A stretch of DNA of 47,304 bases from Chloroflexota bacterium. GTDB taxonomy: Bacteria; Chloroflexota; Anaerolineae; CG2-30-64-16. This document shows positions 18,910-28,530 of the stretch, piece by piece. Made by a program: the position numbers and the translations under genes. Within the stretch, counting starts at the first letter, position 1. Every line of letters begins with the position of its first letter. The stretch lies in assembly GCA_037445695.1 (NCBI GenBank), contig JBBIKA010000007.1, positions 1 to 47,304 on the forward strand, read 5' to 3'. Under the pieces are notes generated by a model. That model saw nothing but the letters and a program-made list of their open reading frames with translations. It was not told the DNA's origin and searched no databases.

Positions 18910-19392
18910 ATGCTCATCGTTCTGACCATTCTCATCGCCGCGGCCGCGCTGCTGATCGTGGCCTATCCGCTCATCGCCAGGCCGCGGGAAGCCGAACCGG
19001 CCATCAGCCCGGCCCAGGAGGAGCTGGCCGAGCTGATGGCGCGACGCGATGCCGCGTTCCAGGCCCTGCGCGATCTGGCCTTCGACCGGCAGGTCGGCAA
19101 GGTGACCGCCGAAGACTTCGCCGTTTTCGAGGCCAATCTCAAACACGCCGCGGCCGAGGCCTTGGCCGCGCTGGACGCCTGGGAGTCGGCCGCGGATCAG
19201 GCGTTAGATACCGTGCTCGAACGGGCGATTGCCGCGCGGCGCAATGTCCTGGCGGCCGGCGGCCGCTTCTGTCCTGCCTGCGGCCGGCCGGCCGCGGCCG
19301 ACGACCGCTTCTGCGCGTGGTGCGGCACCGCCTTGCCCGCGTTCGAGCCGAGGCCCGCCGATGCACGCACGCTTTCCTCCCTATCTGGATGA
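18910..19392 (+). CDS. CcmI-like N-terminus plus zinc-ribbon protein
   Basis: TM, LRDLAFDRQVGKVTAEDF (CcmI-like), FCPACG...FCAWCG. Confidence 0.75.
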   Translation: MLIVLTILIAAAALLIVAYPLIARPREAEPAISPAQEELAELMARRDAAFQALRDLAFDRQVGKVTAEDFAVFEANLKHAAAEALAALDAWESAADQALDTVLERAIAARRNVLAAGGRFCPACGRPAAADDRFCAWCGTALPAFEPRPADARTLSSLSG

Positions 19393-22300
19393 AGAGGGAG
19401 CCCGCCGCCTGATCGCGGAGGTCGGCTTTGCCGATCCGGCCGCGGCCGGCCGCAGCGTGTGCGAGCTGGCCATGCTGCCGGGCGCGGCGGCCCATCTCGG
19501 CCGCCTCTGGCCCTGGCTGGTGACGGCCTTGGAGGGGGCCGCCAGCCCCGATCGGGCGCTGATCAACCTGACCCGCTTCATCCAGGCCGCGGCCGACAGC
19601 ACCGCGCTGTTGGCCCGCCTGGCCGACGATCGGCGCCTGACCGAGATGCTGATCACCCTGTTCGCGGGCAGCCAGTTTCTCACCGAGATCCTGTTGCGCA
19701 ACGGCGCCGACCTGGCGCGGTTGACCGATCGCCGGGCGTTGGCCCGGCTCAAGAGCGCGGAGCAGTTCGCCGCCGAAGCGCGGGCCGCCCTCCACTGCGC
19801 GTACGACCGTGCGTCCCGGCCCGCAGCGGATGGCCCGGCCTCTCCACCGGCCGGCCCGGACCTCTTGCGGCGCTACCAGCGCGAGGAGCTGTTGCGCATC
19901 GGGCTGTGCGATCTGTGCGGCCTCCTCGACCTGGCGTCGGTCACCCAACAACTCGCCAACCTGGCCGAGGGCCTCGTGTGCGTCGCGCTCGAGCTGGCGG
20001 CCGCCCAAACGACCACCGACCCGGCCGGCTTCACCGTGCTGGCGCTGGGCAAGCTGGGCAGCGTCGAGCTGAATTACAGCTCGGACATTGATCTGATCTT
20101 TCTGGCCGCCGAGGACGCCGGCCGCTACCAGCGCCTGGGCGAACGGCTGATCGCGACGCTGGCCGAGGCCACGGCCGAAGGCTTCCTCTATCGCGTGGAC
20201 ATGCGCCTGCGCCCCTGGGGTGCGGTCGGCCCGCTGATCGCCACCATGCCCGGCTACATCAAATACTTGCAGGGGACGGCCCGGCTCTGGGAGAAGCAGG
20301 CGCTCTTGCGGGCCCGGCCGATCGCCGGCGACCGGGCCCTTGGCCGGGCGTTTCTGGCCCAGGCGGCCCACCTGATCTTCGCCACCGACCGCGCGGCCGT
20401 GCGCGCCGACGTCCACGCCATGAAACAGCGCACCGAGGCGCGGCTGCGCGCGGCCGGCCATGAGCGCGGCGAGGTCAAACTGGGCGAAGGGTCCATCCGA
20501 GACGTGGAGTTCGTCGTTCAGTTCCTGCAACTGACGCACGGCGCGGCTCACCCCGACCTGCGCGAAGGCGCCATCCTCGAACTGCTCGACCGTCTGGCCG
20601 AGCACCGCCTCATCACGGCCGACGAACACCGCGTCCTGGCGGAGGGCTACGTCTTCCTGCGCACGGTCGAACACTATCTCCAGATCCTGGACTATCGCCA
20701 GACGCATGTCCTGCCGACCAATCCGGCCGATCTGCGCTATCTGGCCCGGCGCCTGGGATACATCGGCCCCCAGGCAGCCGAGCGTTTCATCACTCGTTAC
20801 CGGCAACACAGCGCGGCCGTGCGCGCCGTCTACTGGCGCCACCTGGCCGCGCCCGAAGGCCCATCAGGAGACGCGGCCATGACCACGGCAGTCGGACACC
20901 CCTTTCCTTCCGCGGCAGATCGACCGGCCGCCGACCCCGCCGAGGCGCAACTGCGCCAGCACATCGCCCGCATGTCGCCATCCTATGCCGAGGCCTTCAC
21001 CGAACAGGAGATTCGCCGCCACGCCGACCTGGCCGGCCGGCTCAGCGACTCCAACCCGGTCGAGGTGCGGACCGAACAGGTCGGCAGCTCGCGGTGGCGG
21101 GTGACCATCGTGGCCTACGATTACCTGGGCGAGCTCTCGGCCATCTGCGGCCTGCTCTTTGCCGACGGCTTCAACATCATCAACGGCCAGGTGTTCACCT
21201 ACGAGGCCGACAACGGCGCGGCCGACAGCCGGCCGGGCCGACGGAAGATCGTGGACGTTTTCACCGTAGATTCGACCCAGGCCGAAGCCCGGGCCGGCCA
21301 AGACGTGCTCGGCAAGGAGCTGTGGCTGAGCTATGCCGGCAATCTGGCCGCGCTGTTGCGTCTGCTGCACGGCCGCCAACAGCGCGAGGCCCTGGGCGCG
21401 CTGGTCAAACGGGTGGCGGCCGCGATGCAGGCCATGCCGCCGACCGGCCCCCTCCTGCAGCCGGTGGAAATCGAAATAGACAACGATTCCTCCGACCGCT
21501 ACACCATCCTGCGCATTGACGCGCCCGATACGGCCGGCTTCCTGTACGAATTCACCAACGCCCTGGCCCTCAACGGCGTCTATATCGCCCAGGTCACGAT
21601 CAATTCCATCGGCAACCGGGTGCACGACATCCTCTACGTCACCGATGCCCACGGCCGCAAGATCACCGATCCCGACCGCCAGCGCGAGCTGCGCGCCGCG
21701 ACGGTGCTGGTCAAGCATTTCACCCACCTGTTGCCTCTCTCGCCCAATCCCGAGGCCGCGCTGCTCCACTTCAACGAATACCTGGGCGAGCTGTTCCGCC
21801 GGCCCTCGTGGCCCGACGAGCTGGCCTCGCTGGAGCGCCCCGAGGTGCTCAGTGCGCTGGCGCGGCTGCTGGGCGTCAGCGAGTTCCTGTGGGACGACTT
21901 CTTGCGCATGCAATACGCCAACCTCTTTCCGGTGGTCGAAGATGTGGCTGCGTTGGCAAGGCCGAAGAGCAAAGCCATCCTGGCGGCCGAGCTGGCGGCC
22001 GGCCTGGCCGCCGCGGCCGACGGGCAGGAACGGCGCAGCCGGCTGAACGCGTTCAAAGATCGGGAGATGTTCCGCATTGACATGCGCCATATCATGGGCC
22101 ATGCGCCGGAATTCGGCCAGTTCGCGGCCGAGCTGACCGACCTGGCCGAGGTGGTGGTGGCGGCCGCCACGGAGCTGGTCTGGGCCGAGCTGATCGCCCA
22201 GCACGGCGAGCCGCGCGGGGCCGACGGTGCGCCGATCCCGCTGGCCGTGTGTGCGCTGGGCAAGTGCGGCGGCCGCGAGCTGGGCTACGCCTCGGACATC

Positions 22301-23086
22301 GAGGTCATGTTCGTCTACGCCGGGCCGGGCCAGACGGCCGGGCCGCGCGTGCTCAGCGCGGCCGAGTTTTTCGAGCGGCTTGTCACCGGCTTCAAGGCGG
22401 CCATCTGGGCGCGCCGCGAGGGGATCTTCGAGATTGACCTGGATCTGCGGCCCTATGGCAAGGCGGGAAGCCTGGCCGTCTCGTACGAGGCCTTGCGCCG
22501 CTACTTCGCGCCGGCCGGGCCGGCCTGGCCCTACGAGCGCCAGGCGCTCATCAAGCTGCGGGCCATCGCCGGCGATCCGGTGTTCGGCCGCCAGGTGGAG
22601 GCGCTGCGCGACGAGCTCGTCTATAGCCCGGCGCCGTTCGATGTGGCCGCCCTGCGCGCCATGCGCGAACGACAGCTCCGCCATCTGGTGACCCCCGGCA
22701 CGATCAATGCCAAGTTCAGCCCGGGCGGGCTGGTGGATGTCGAATATACCGTACAGGGCTTGCAGATGATGCACGGCCACACGCATCCCGAAATTCGCCT
22801 GACGAACACCCAGGCGGCCATTGCCGCGCTGGCCCAGGCCGGCATCCTCTCGGTCGAAAATGCGGCCCGGCTGAGCAAGGCGCTCCTCTTCCTGCGCGAG
22901 CTGATCAACGCCCTGCGCGTGGTGCGCGGCAACAGCAAGGATCTCACCGTGCCGCCGGAAGAAAGCGAGGAGTTCGCGTTTCTGGCCCGCCGCCTGGGCT
23001 ACGGCAACGAACCCGGCCGCCTGCGCGGAGACCTGATGCACCATCTGGAATGGGTGCGCCGGCTCAACGCGCAATTGCTCGGCTGA
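19361..23086 (+). CDS. glnE: GlnE-like glutamine synthetase adenylyltransferase/deadenylase with two internal ACT domains
   Basis: Two nucleotidyltransferase motifs (LGKLGSVELNYSSDIDLIF and LGKCGGRELGYASDIEVMF), YRVDMRLRP.G / FEIDLDLRPYG, WEKQAL / YERQAL, VKLG.G.IRDVEF / KFSPGGLVDVEY. Confidence 0.88.
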   Translation: MHARFPPYLDEEGARRLIAEVGFADPAAAGRSVCELAMLPGAAAHLGRLWPWLVTALEGAASPDRALINLTRFIQAAADSTALLARLADDRRLTEMLITLFAGSQFLTEILLRNGADLARLTDRRALARLKSAEQFAAEARAALHCAYDRASRPAADGPASPPAGPDLLRRYQREELLRIGLCDLCGLLDLASVTQQLANLAEGLVCVALELAAAQTTTDPAGFTVLALGKLGSVELNYSSDIDLIFLAAEDAGRYQRLGERLIATLAEATAEGFLYRVDMRLRPWGAVGPLIATMPGYIKYLQGTARLWEKQALLRARPIAGDRALGRAFLAQAAHLIFATDRAAVRADVHAMKQRTEARLRAAGHERGEVKLGEGSIRDVEFVVQFLQLTHGAAHPDLREGAILELLDRLAEHRLITADEHRVLAEGYVFLRTVEHYLQILDYRQTHVLPTNPADLRYLARRLGYIGPQAAERFITRYRQHSAAVRAVYWRHLAAPEGPSGDAAMTTAVGHPFPSAADRPAADPAEAQLRQHIARMSPSYAEAFTEQEIRRHADLAGRLSDSNPVEVRTEQVGSSRWRVTIVAYDYLGELSAICGLLFADGFNIINGQVFTYEADNGAADSRPGRRKIVDVFTVDSTQAEARAGQDVLGKELWLSYAGNLAALLRLLHGRQQREALGALVKRVAAAMQAMPPTGPLLQPVEIEIDNDSSDRYTILRIDAPDTAGFLYEFTNALALNGVYIAQVTINSIGNRVHDILYVTDAHGRKITDPDRQRELRAATVLVKHFTHLLPLSPNPEAALLHFNEYLGELFRRPSWPDELASLERPEVLSALARLLGVSEFLWDDFLRMQYANLFPVVEDVAALARPKSKAILAAELAAGLAAAADGQERRSRLNAFKDREMFRIDMRHIMGHAPEFGQFAAELTDLAEVVVAAATELVWAELIAQHGEPRGADGAPIPLAVCALGKCGGRELGYASDIEVMFVYAGPGQTAGPRVLSAAEFFERLVTGFKAAIWARREGIFEIDLDLRPYGKAGSLAVSYEALRRYFAPAGPAWPYERQALIKLRAIAGDPVFGRQVEALRDELVYSPAPFDVAALRAMRERQLRHLVTPGTINAKFSPGGLVDVEYTVQGLQMMHGHTHPEIRLTNTQAAIAALAQAGILSVENAARLSKALLFLRELINALRVVRGNSKDLTVPPEESEEFAFLARRLGYGNEPGRLRGDLMHHLEWVRRLNAQLLG

Positions 23087-23107
23087 GCCGCGCAAGGAGC
23101 AAGCTGC

Positions 23108-24373
23108 ATGAAGCGATCACCTCTGTCGGTCATTCATCGGCCGGGCGGCCGCGCGCCGGCCCGCCGCGTCGTCCTCCTCTTGGTTATCGCCACCGTGCTG
23201 GCGCTGGCCGGCTGCGGCAGGCCGCCCACCCCCACGCCCGAGCCGGTCACAGTGCGCCTGGTGCTGCCGATGGCCGACCAGGATCAGGCCAAGAAGCTGG
23301 CCGAGCAGTTCGGCCAGGCACATCCCGGCGTCACCGTCGAGCTGGTGCCGCGGCGCTGGGACGTGCTCACCGGCGCGGATCCGGCCACGGCCGATGTCGT
23401 CCTCACCACGCAGTTCGCCCTCGACGAGCTGCGCCGCCGCGGCCTGCTGATCAGCCTCGATCCGCTCATCGCCGGCGACAAGGAGCTCAATCCGGCCGAT
23501 TTCCTGCCGAACGCCCTCAAGATGTTCGTGGACAACGGCAAGACCTGGGCCCTGCCGGCCGGGTTGGATGTCCAGGTGCTCTACTTCAACAAAGACCTGT
23601 TCGACCGCCGCGGGGTACCCTATCCGACCGAAAGGTGGACGCGCGATGACTTTGCCCAGGCCGCGCGGCGGCTGAGCGATCCGGCGGCCGGCGTCTTCGG
23701 CTATGCCGTGGTCACCGACTTCCTGGACCCGATCCTCTTCGTCTATCAGCACGGCGGCCGGCTGTTCGACGATCTCCAATCGCCCACGCGCACCACCTTC
23801 ACCGACCCGAAGACGGTGGAAGCGGTGGATTGGTACGCGCGGCTGCTGCGAGAGCCCGGCGTGGTCCTGACCGCGCAAAACGCGCAGGCCGCGGCCGCGG
23901 GCAACGTCCAATACGCGCTGCGCGCGGGCAAGGTGGGCATGTGGATCGCGTCCCTTGCGGCGCGCGGGGGGCGCCTCGAGCGGGGACCGTGGCCGCTGAA
24001 ATGGGGCATGGTGCCGTTGCCGGCCGACGCCCGCGCGGCTACCATGGCCACCGCGACCGGCTATGGCATCACCACGCAATGCAAAAAGACGCTGACCTGT
24101 TGGCAGCTCGCCGTCTTCATGAGCAAACAGCCCATCGCCACCTTTGCGCCGGCCCGGCGCTCGCTGGTCAAAGCCATGACCGGCCAGGATGTTGAGGTCG
24201 CGCGCATCGCGCAGGCGGCGGCCGACAACTCGCTCATGATCCGAGCGGGCGATCTGAACAAGCTGGAGCAAGCCATCGAGGTGTTCATGGCTGCGGTCGA
24301 GAAAGTCGTGGCGGATCAGACGTCGGCCGCCGAGGCGTTGGCCGCCGCGCAACAACAATCGCCCATGCCGTAG
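23108..24373 (+). CDS. Extracellular solute-binding lipoprotein, family 1 (sugar type)
   Basis: Lipobox LAGC, GKTWALP...LYFNKDLFD..GV.YP...WT.DDF. Confidence 0.88.
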   Translation: MKRSPLSVIHRPGGRAPARRVVLLLVIATVLALAGCGRPPTPTPEPVTVRLVLPMADQDQAKKLAEQFGQAHPGVTVELVPRRWDVLTGADPATADVVLTTQFALDELRRRGLLISLDPLIAGDKELNPADFLPNALKMFVDNGKTWALPAGLDVQVLYFNKDLFDRRGVPYPTERWTRDDFAQAARRLSDPAAGVFGYAVVTDFLDPILFVYQHGGRLFDDLQSPTRTTFTDPKTVEAVDWYARLLREPGVVLTAQNAQAAAAGNVQYALRAGKVGMWIASLAARGGRLERGPWPLKWGMVPLPADARAATMATATGYGITTQCKKTLTCWQLAVFMSKQPIATFAPARRSLVKAMTGQDVEVARIAQAAADNSLMIRAGDLNKLEQAIEVFMAAVEKVVADQTSAAEALAAAQQQSPMP

Positions 24374-24385
24374 AGGGAGGTGGCC

Positions 24386-25219
24386 ATGGCTAATCAGATG
24401 GCCGACCGGCTGGTGAGCGGCCTGCGCCGCGGGGGGCACGCCACGGTCATCGTCAGCGGCTGGCTGGCCGACCGGCTGCTGGACGTGGCGCTATGGGCGG
24501 TGAACCTGGTGCGCGAGCTGCCCGTCCGGCTCGGCCGGCTGGCGACAACAGTATGGCAGGGGGTGCGCGGCATCGTCCTGGCGCTGCCCGCAGCCGCGCG
24601 CGCGGCGCGCGCGGGTCCCGGCCTGGGGCGATGGCTGGCCGACGTGCCCCGCCGGGCGGGCCTGTGGCTGATCGTCTTGCTCTTTCGCGTGCTGGATCTC
24701 GTCGGCGTGCCCGAGCTATGGAACCTGCTCATGCGGCTCGCCGCGCCCGTCAGCCCGCTCACCGGCGACGAGATCGGCGCGGCGGCGGCCATCCTCGGCC
24801 CCAACGCGCTGCGCTACGCCGAGGTGCGCGTGGCCGAGGGCGGCGTCCTCAACCTGATCTTCAAGCGCAACCAGGGCCGGGCCTTCACCACGTTTCACAC
24901 GATCAATATGCCGACCTGCGGCCCGCACCGTCGCGCTAACTTCGCCATCCTGCTCCACGAACTGGTGCACGTGTACCAATACGAGCGCACCGGCGGCCTC
25001 TACATCGCCGAGGCGATCTACGCGCAACACACGGCCGGCTACGACTACGGCACCCCCGACGACCTTCAGATGTGTCTGGCGAACGGCCTCTGTTATCGCA
25101 ACCTCAACCGCGAACAGCAGGCGCAGCTCGTCCAGGATTACTACGAGCGGCTGCGGGACGGCCTGCCGGTGACGGCCTACGAGCCGTTCATCGCCGAGCT
25201 GCGGCAGGGGCAGCTCTAA
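24386..25219 (+). CDS. Hypothetical protein with HExxH zinc-metallopeptidase-like (DUF4157-like) C-terminal domain
   Basis: LLHELVHVYQY, Y.YG, LNREQQAQLVQDYY; AGGGAGG RBS. Confidence 0.65.
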   Translation: MANQMADRLVSGLRRGGHATVIVSGWLADRLLDVALWAVNLVRELPVRLGRLATTVWQGVRGIVLALPAAARAARAGPGLGRWLADVPRRAGLWLIVLLFRVLDLVGVPELWNLLMRLAAPVSPLTGDEIGAAAAILGPNALRYAEVRVAEGGVLNLIFKRNQGRAFTTFHTINMPTCGPHRRANFAILLHELVHVYQYERTGGLYIAEAIYAQHTAGYDYGTPDDLQMCLANGLCYRNLNREQQAQLVQDYYERLRDGLPVTAYEPFIAELRQGQL

Positions 25220-26292
25220 CCGGAGGCATGGGACTGCCACCAGCCCGTCAACGGCAGCGCCTCGACGGTGTGGCCGCGGTAACCGGTCACGGTGACCGCA
25301 CAGAACAGCGAGTTGTAGATCGCCTCTTCGGTCGCCTCGATGGCGGCCAGAAAAAGGGGCGAAACGAGATCGTTGGGCAGGTCGGGCCATAGCGCCACGG
25401 CCTTCCGCCGCGCCGGCGTGCGACGCATCGCTTCGGCGGTCGAGAAGGCGAGGGCGTAATCGCCGGAGCCGTTGGACATGGCCGCGCCGGTGCGCGCCAG
25501 CCCGGCGAACGCCCGGCGCGCCAGCCGCGTGAGATTGCGATCCGAGAGCGGCGCATCGGTGGCGAGCACGATCATGATCGAGCCGTCCGCGTCCCCCCGT
25601 TCCAGTTGATCCTGCAGGTAATACCGTCCCAGCTTCTGGCCGACCGGGATGCCCATGACCTGGAGGACGCCGCCGAAGTTGGCTTGCACCAAGACGCCGA
25701 CGGTGTAGCCGCCGAGGCCGGCGGGCAACCGTCGCGAGCTGGTCCCGATGCCGGCCTTCCAGCCGAACGCCACCGTACCCGTCCCCGCGCCGACGCACCC
25801 CTCGGCGACCGGGCCGTCCGCGGCGCACGTTATGGCCGCCAGCGCGTGCTCGACCGTCACGGCCCGCCGGCGGATGTCGTTCAGCCGGCCATCGTTCGTC
25901 TCGCCGACGACGGGGTTGACCGACGTCACCGTTTCGTTGCCCCGTTGCGCCAGCGTCCAATCCAGGATGGCATCGGCGGCGCGCGGCACGGCCAGGGTGT
26001 TGGTCAACACGATCGGCGTCTCGATCTCGCCCAGCTCGGCGACCTGGGTGGCGCCCAGCAACTTGCCGAAGCCGTTGCCCACGGCCAGCCCGGCCGGCAC
26101 CTTCTCCTGAAAGAGGTTGCCGCCATGGGGCAAGATCGCGGTGACGCCCGTGCGGATGTCATCGCCCTCCCAGAGGGTCACCTGCCCCACGCGCACGCCC
26201 GCCACATCGGTGATGGCGTTCAGCGGGCCGGTCGGCAGGATGCCCGGCGCGAGGCCGAGCTCACGCGGCCTGGTCCTGGTCTCTGGATGCAT
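25216..26292 (-). CDS. DmpA-like L-aminopeptidase/D-esterase (peptidase family P1/S58)
   Basis: NAITDVAGVRVG, RTGVTAILP, GNGFGKL.G, PVVGETNDG.LND, VGAGTG, autocleavage site DG-SI, SNGSGD. Confidence 0.92.
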   Translation of the reverse strand: MHPETRTRPRELGLAPGILPTGPLNAITDVAGVRVGQVTLWEGDDIRTGVTAILPHGGNLFQEKVPAGLAVGNGFGKLLGATQVAELGEIETPIVLTNTLAVPRAADAILDWTLAQRGNETVTSVNPVVGETNDGRLNDIRRRAVTVEHALAAITCAADGPVAEGCVGAGTGTVAFGWKAGIGTSSRRLPAGLGGYTVGVLVQANFGGVLQVMGIPVGQKLGRYYLQDQLERGDADGSIMIVLATDAPLSDRNLTRLARRAFAGLARTGAAMSNGSGDYALAFSTAEAMRRTPARRKAVALWPDLPNDLVSPLFLAAIEATEEAIYNSLFCAVTVTGYRGHTVEALPLTGWWQSHASG

Positions 26293-26396
26293 ACCGGTTC
26301 CAAAGGTCTGGGGTGATCTCATTGCGCTTGATCTGTGCCAATCGCCGCGCCGAAACAACGGCAAGGCTTGCGGCGCACAATTTCTTTCCGGCGGCG

Positions 26397-27647
26397 TCAA
26401 TCGCCGGTGATCAATTCCAGGAGGGTGCTGCCCAGACGCACCATCACCGTTTTGGGGATGGGCGTAGGGGCATTTTTCTGAAGGCGCGTTTCGCCGATGA
26501 AGGTGCCGTTCTTGCTGAAATCAACCAACGAGAATCCACCGTCGCGGTATCTGATCTCCAGATGTCTGTGCGATACGGCGGGGTCCTCAATCCGAATATC
26601 ACAACTCTGATCCCGGCCGATTACACAAGGGAAACGGGTGATCCGTTTCTCCGTCCCCCGGCCGGGGCCGGGCGATTCAACAATGCGTACGGTGAGCCAG
26701 CCCCGGACGACAGAAGACTCTCCCGGTCGGGTAAGGTCTATCGGCGGACGCCACGGCAACTGACCGGCACGGCCAGATCGGCCGGAGAGAATGATCACCG
26801 TGACAAAAATCGAAAACACGACCAGGATGGCCAAGGCGATATAAGGGTTCTGAGCCAGGGCGGTCGCGATGCGCTGCCATAGGGTGGGCTGAGGAGGCGG
26901 CTTGAGCTTGACTTCATAGGTCGCCTGTGCCTGTTGATCGTCACGGGTATAAAGATTCAAAGTTACTTTATAGGTGCGCTCCTCGGTAGCCTCACGGATG
27001 GCCCTGGGCAACACCGCCACCACTTCTGGGCCACGATACAGCGCTTCCTGGATCGCACCGACCCGTTGACCGGAATCGTCCACCACGAAGCCATCGTACT
27101 TCAACACCGCTGCACCGGCAGGCAAGTTCAGCCTGATGACCAAGACACCAGAAGGATAGTCGGCGTTCACCGACTCGATGCGGAACTCGAAGCGCGGCGG
27201 CGCCGGCGGCAGATGGACGAACTCCTTGCTGGCGAGAATGAATTGCTCGCCCGGGTTGACCACATGACCCTCGGCCGCACGCGGGATCAGATTGCCGCTC
27301 CAATCTACCGCCTGGACCTTGAGCAGGTATTTGCGTTCAGGCTTAAACAAAGCGCCGTTCAGCTCATATGGCCTGGAGCTGAAGCCTCCCAGGTTGATCT
27401 CCGTTTCAGGAATGATCACCGTGCCCGCATCGGCGTCCTCGACGCTGTACAATAGCCGAGAGACACTCCTTGGGTCGTTCACGGTGATCCGGCCGCGATA
27501 GAGATTCCGATCTTGTTCATAGGTGGGTCCGCTGATCAAAACCGTCAAAGACGATGGCCCCTGGGCTACGCCGTGATCTGGAGCAGCCAGGAGCAATACC
27601 AGGGTAAACACAAAGACACCAATCGAAAGCAGGCGATTTGCCCTCAT
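26397..27647 (-). CDS. Signal peptide, extracellular domain, TM and C-terminal FHA domain protein (last gene of the T7SS-like operon)
   Basis: FHA motifs IGRDQSCD...VSHRH...DFSKNGTF; TM YIALAILVVFSIFVTVIIL; GGAG RBS before MRANR. Confidence 0.85.
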   Translation of the reverse strand: MRANRLLSIGVFVFTLVLLLAAPDHGVAQGPSSLTVLISGPTYEQDRNLYRGRITVNDPRSVSRLLYSVEDADAGTVIIPETEINLGGFSSRPYELNGALFKPERKYLLKVQAVDWSGNLIPRAAEGHVVNPGEQFILASKEFVHLPPAPPRFEFRIESVNADYPSGVLVIRLNLPAGAAVLKYDGFVVDDSGQRVGAIQEALYRGPEVVAVLPRAIREATEERTYKVTLNLYTRDDQQAQATYEVKLKPPPQPTLWQRIATALAQNPYIALAILVVFSIFVTVIILSGRSGRAGQLPWRPPIDLTRPGESSVVRGWLTVRIVESPGPGRGTEKRITRFPCVIGRDQSCDIRIEDPAVSHRHLEIRYRDGGFSLVDFSKNGTFIGETRLQKNAPTPIPKTVMVRLGSTLLELITGD

Positions 27648-27666
27648 CGTCGTTGTCTCCGCCCGC

Positions 27667-28482
27667 CTATCCGCCGAGGCTTTGGACCAGCAGATCGCGC
27701 ACGGCTTGAACCGACATGGTCCGCACATGCAGCGGCCCCTTGGGGCCGGCGTCCGCTTGCGGCGCGATCCACCAGATATAACGGCCGTCCTGCAACAAGG
27801 TGAACTCCTGCGTCTGAGCTGGTTGGTTGCCCTGTTGCGTGACGATTTGCAGAGCTGAAACGCGTGGGGAAGCGGCCCAAGCGGCCACCAGCTTGGCAGC
27901 GTCTTCCGCAGGAAGGCCGCTTGTCACCAGAGTGTCGGTGGCAGCCCCGGTGTTGCCGACGCCGGCCAACTGACGGGCATCGGCAAACTCCTGGCGGGGC
28001 ACAAGGAAGTCGAGAACTGTGGCCTGGGTAGCGTCCTTGACCTCACAAAAAGCCAACACCTGTTCTGCTAATTCCCGGCGCGACGGCAACAAGGTGAAGC
28101 GATGCACAACAGGTCCCGGCCGTGCATGTGTCACGACATCGTCTCCGCGCATGTGGCCGAACAACGTGCGCGGCGCTTGTTCTCCTGCCGGCCAATGATA
28201 GACCAGGATAGAGTTTTGGGCGTAGGCACATGTCCCGATCGCGCGCAGCAGTTCGCGGTGAAACAAGAACGCGCCATCAGGTTGGATCTGGGCCAAATTG
28301 CGCGCCAGCAGAGCGCGCCGGGCGACCACCAGGGCAAAGGCCTCTTGCTCAGGGGTCAACGAACCCGACGGCTCGCGTTCCAGGCCCGGGATCGTGGTGG
28401 CGCGCAAAGCATCCAGAACGGCCAGCAATTCCTCGCGCGAGAGAGTGACAGAGAAAAACTGCCGACCAGCATCTTCATTCAT
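27667..28482 (-). CDS. Hypothetical protein, EspG-like putative T7SS chaperone
   Basis: LSREEL...IPGL...ARRALLARNL pattern resembles EspG N-termini; similar to 41884-42678; directly follows a WXG100-fusion gene. Confidence 0.5.
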   Translation of the reverse strand: MNEDAGRQFFSVTLSREELLAVLDALRATTIPGLEREPSGSLTPEQEAFALVVARRALLARNLAQIQPDGAFLFHRELLRAIGTCAYAQNSILVYHWPAGEQAPRTLFGHMRGDDVVTHARPGPVVHRFTLLPSRRELAEQVLAFCEVKDATQATVLDFLVPRQEFADARQLAGVGNTGAATDTLVTSGLPAEDAAKLVAAWAASPRVSALQIVTQQGNQPAQTQEFTLLQDGRYIWWIAPQADAGPKGPLHVRTMSVQAVRDLLVQSLGG

Positions 28483-28530
28483 GAGATATCCTCCGGCCAG
28501 AATCTATGTCATATCGGCCCAACGCTGCGC

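Noticed and set aside
20864-23095. 743-aa minus-strand ORF
   Set aside because: Antisense to glnE, no recognisable motifs
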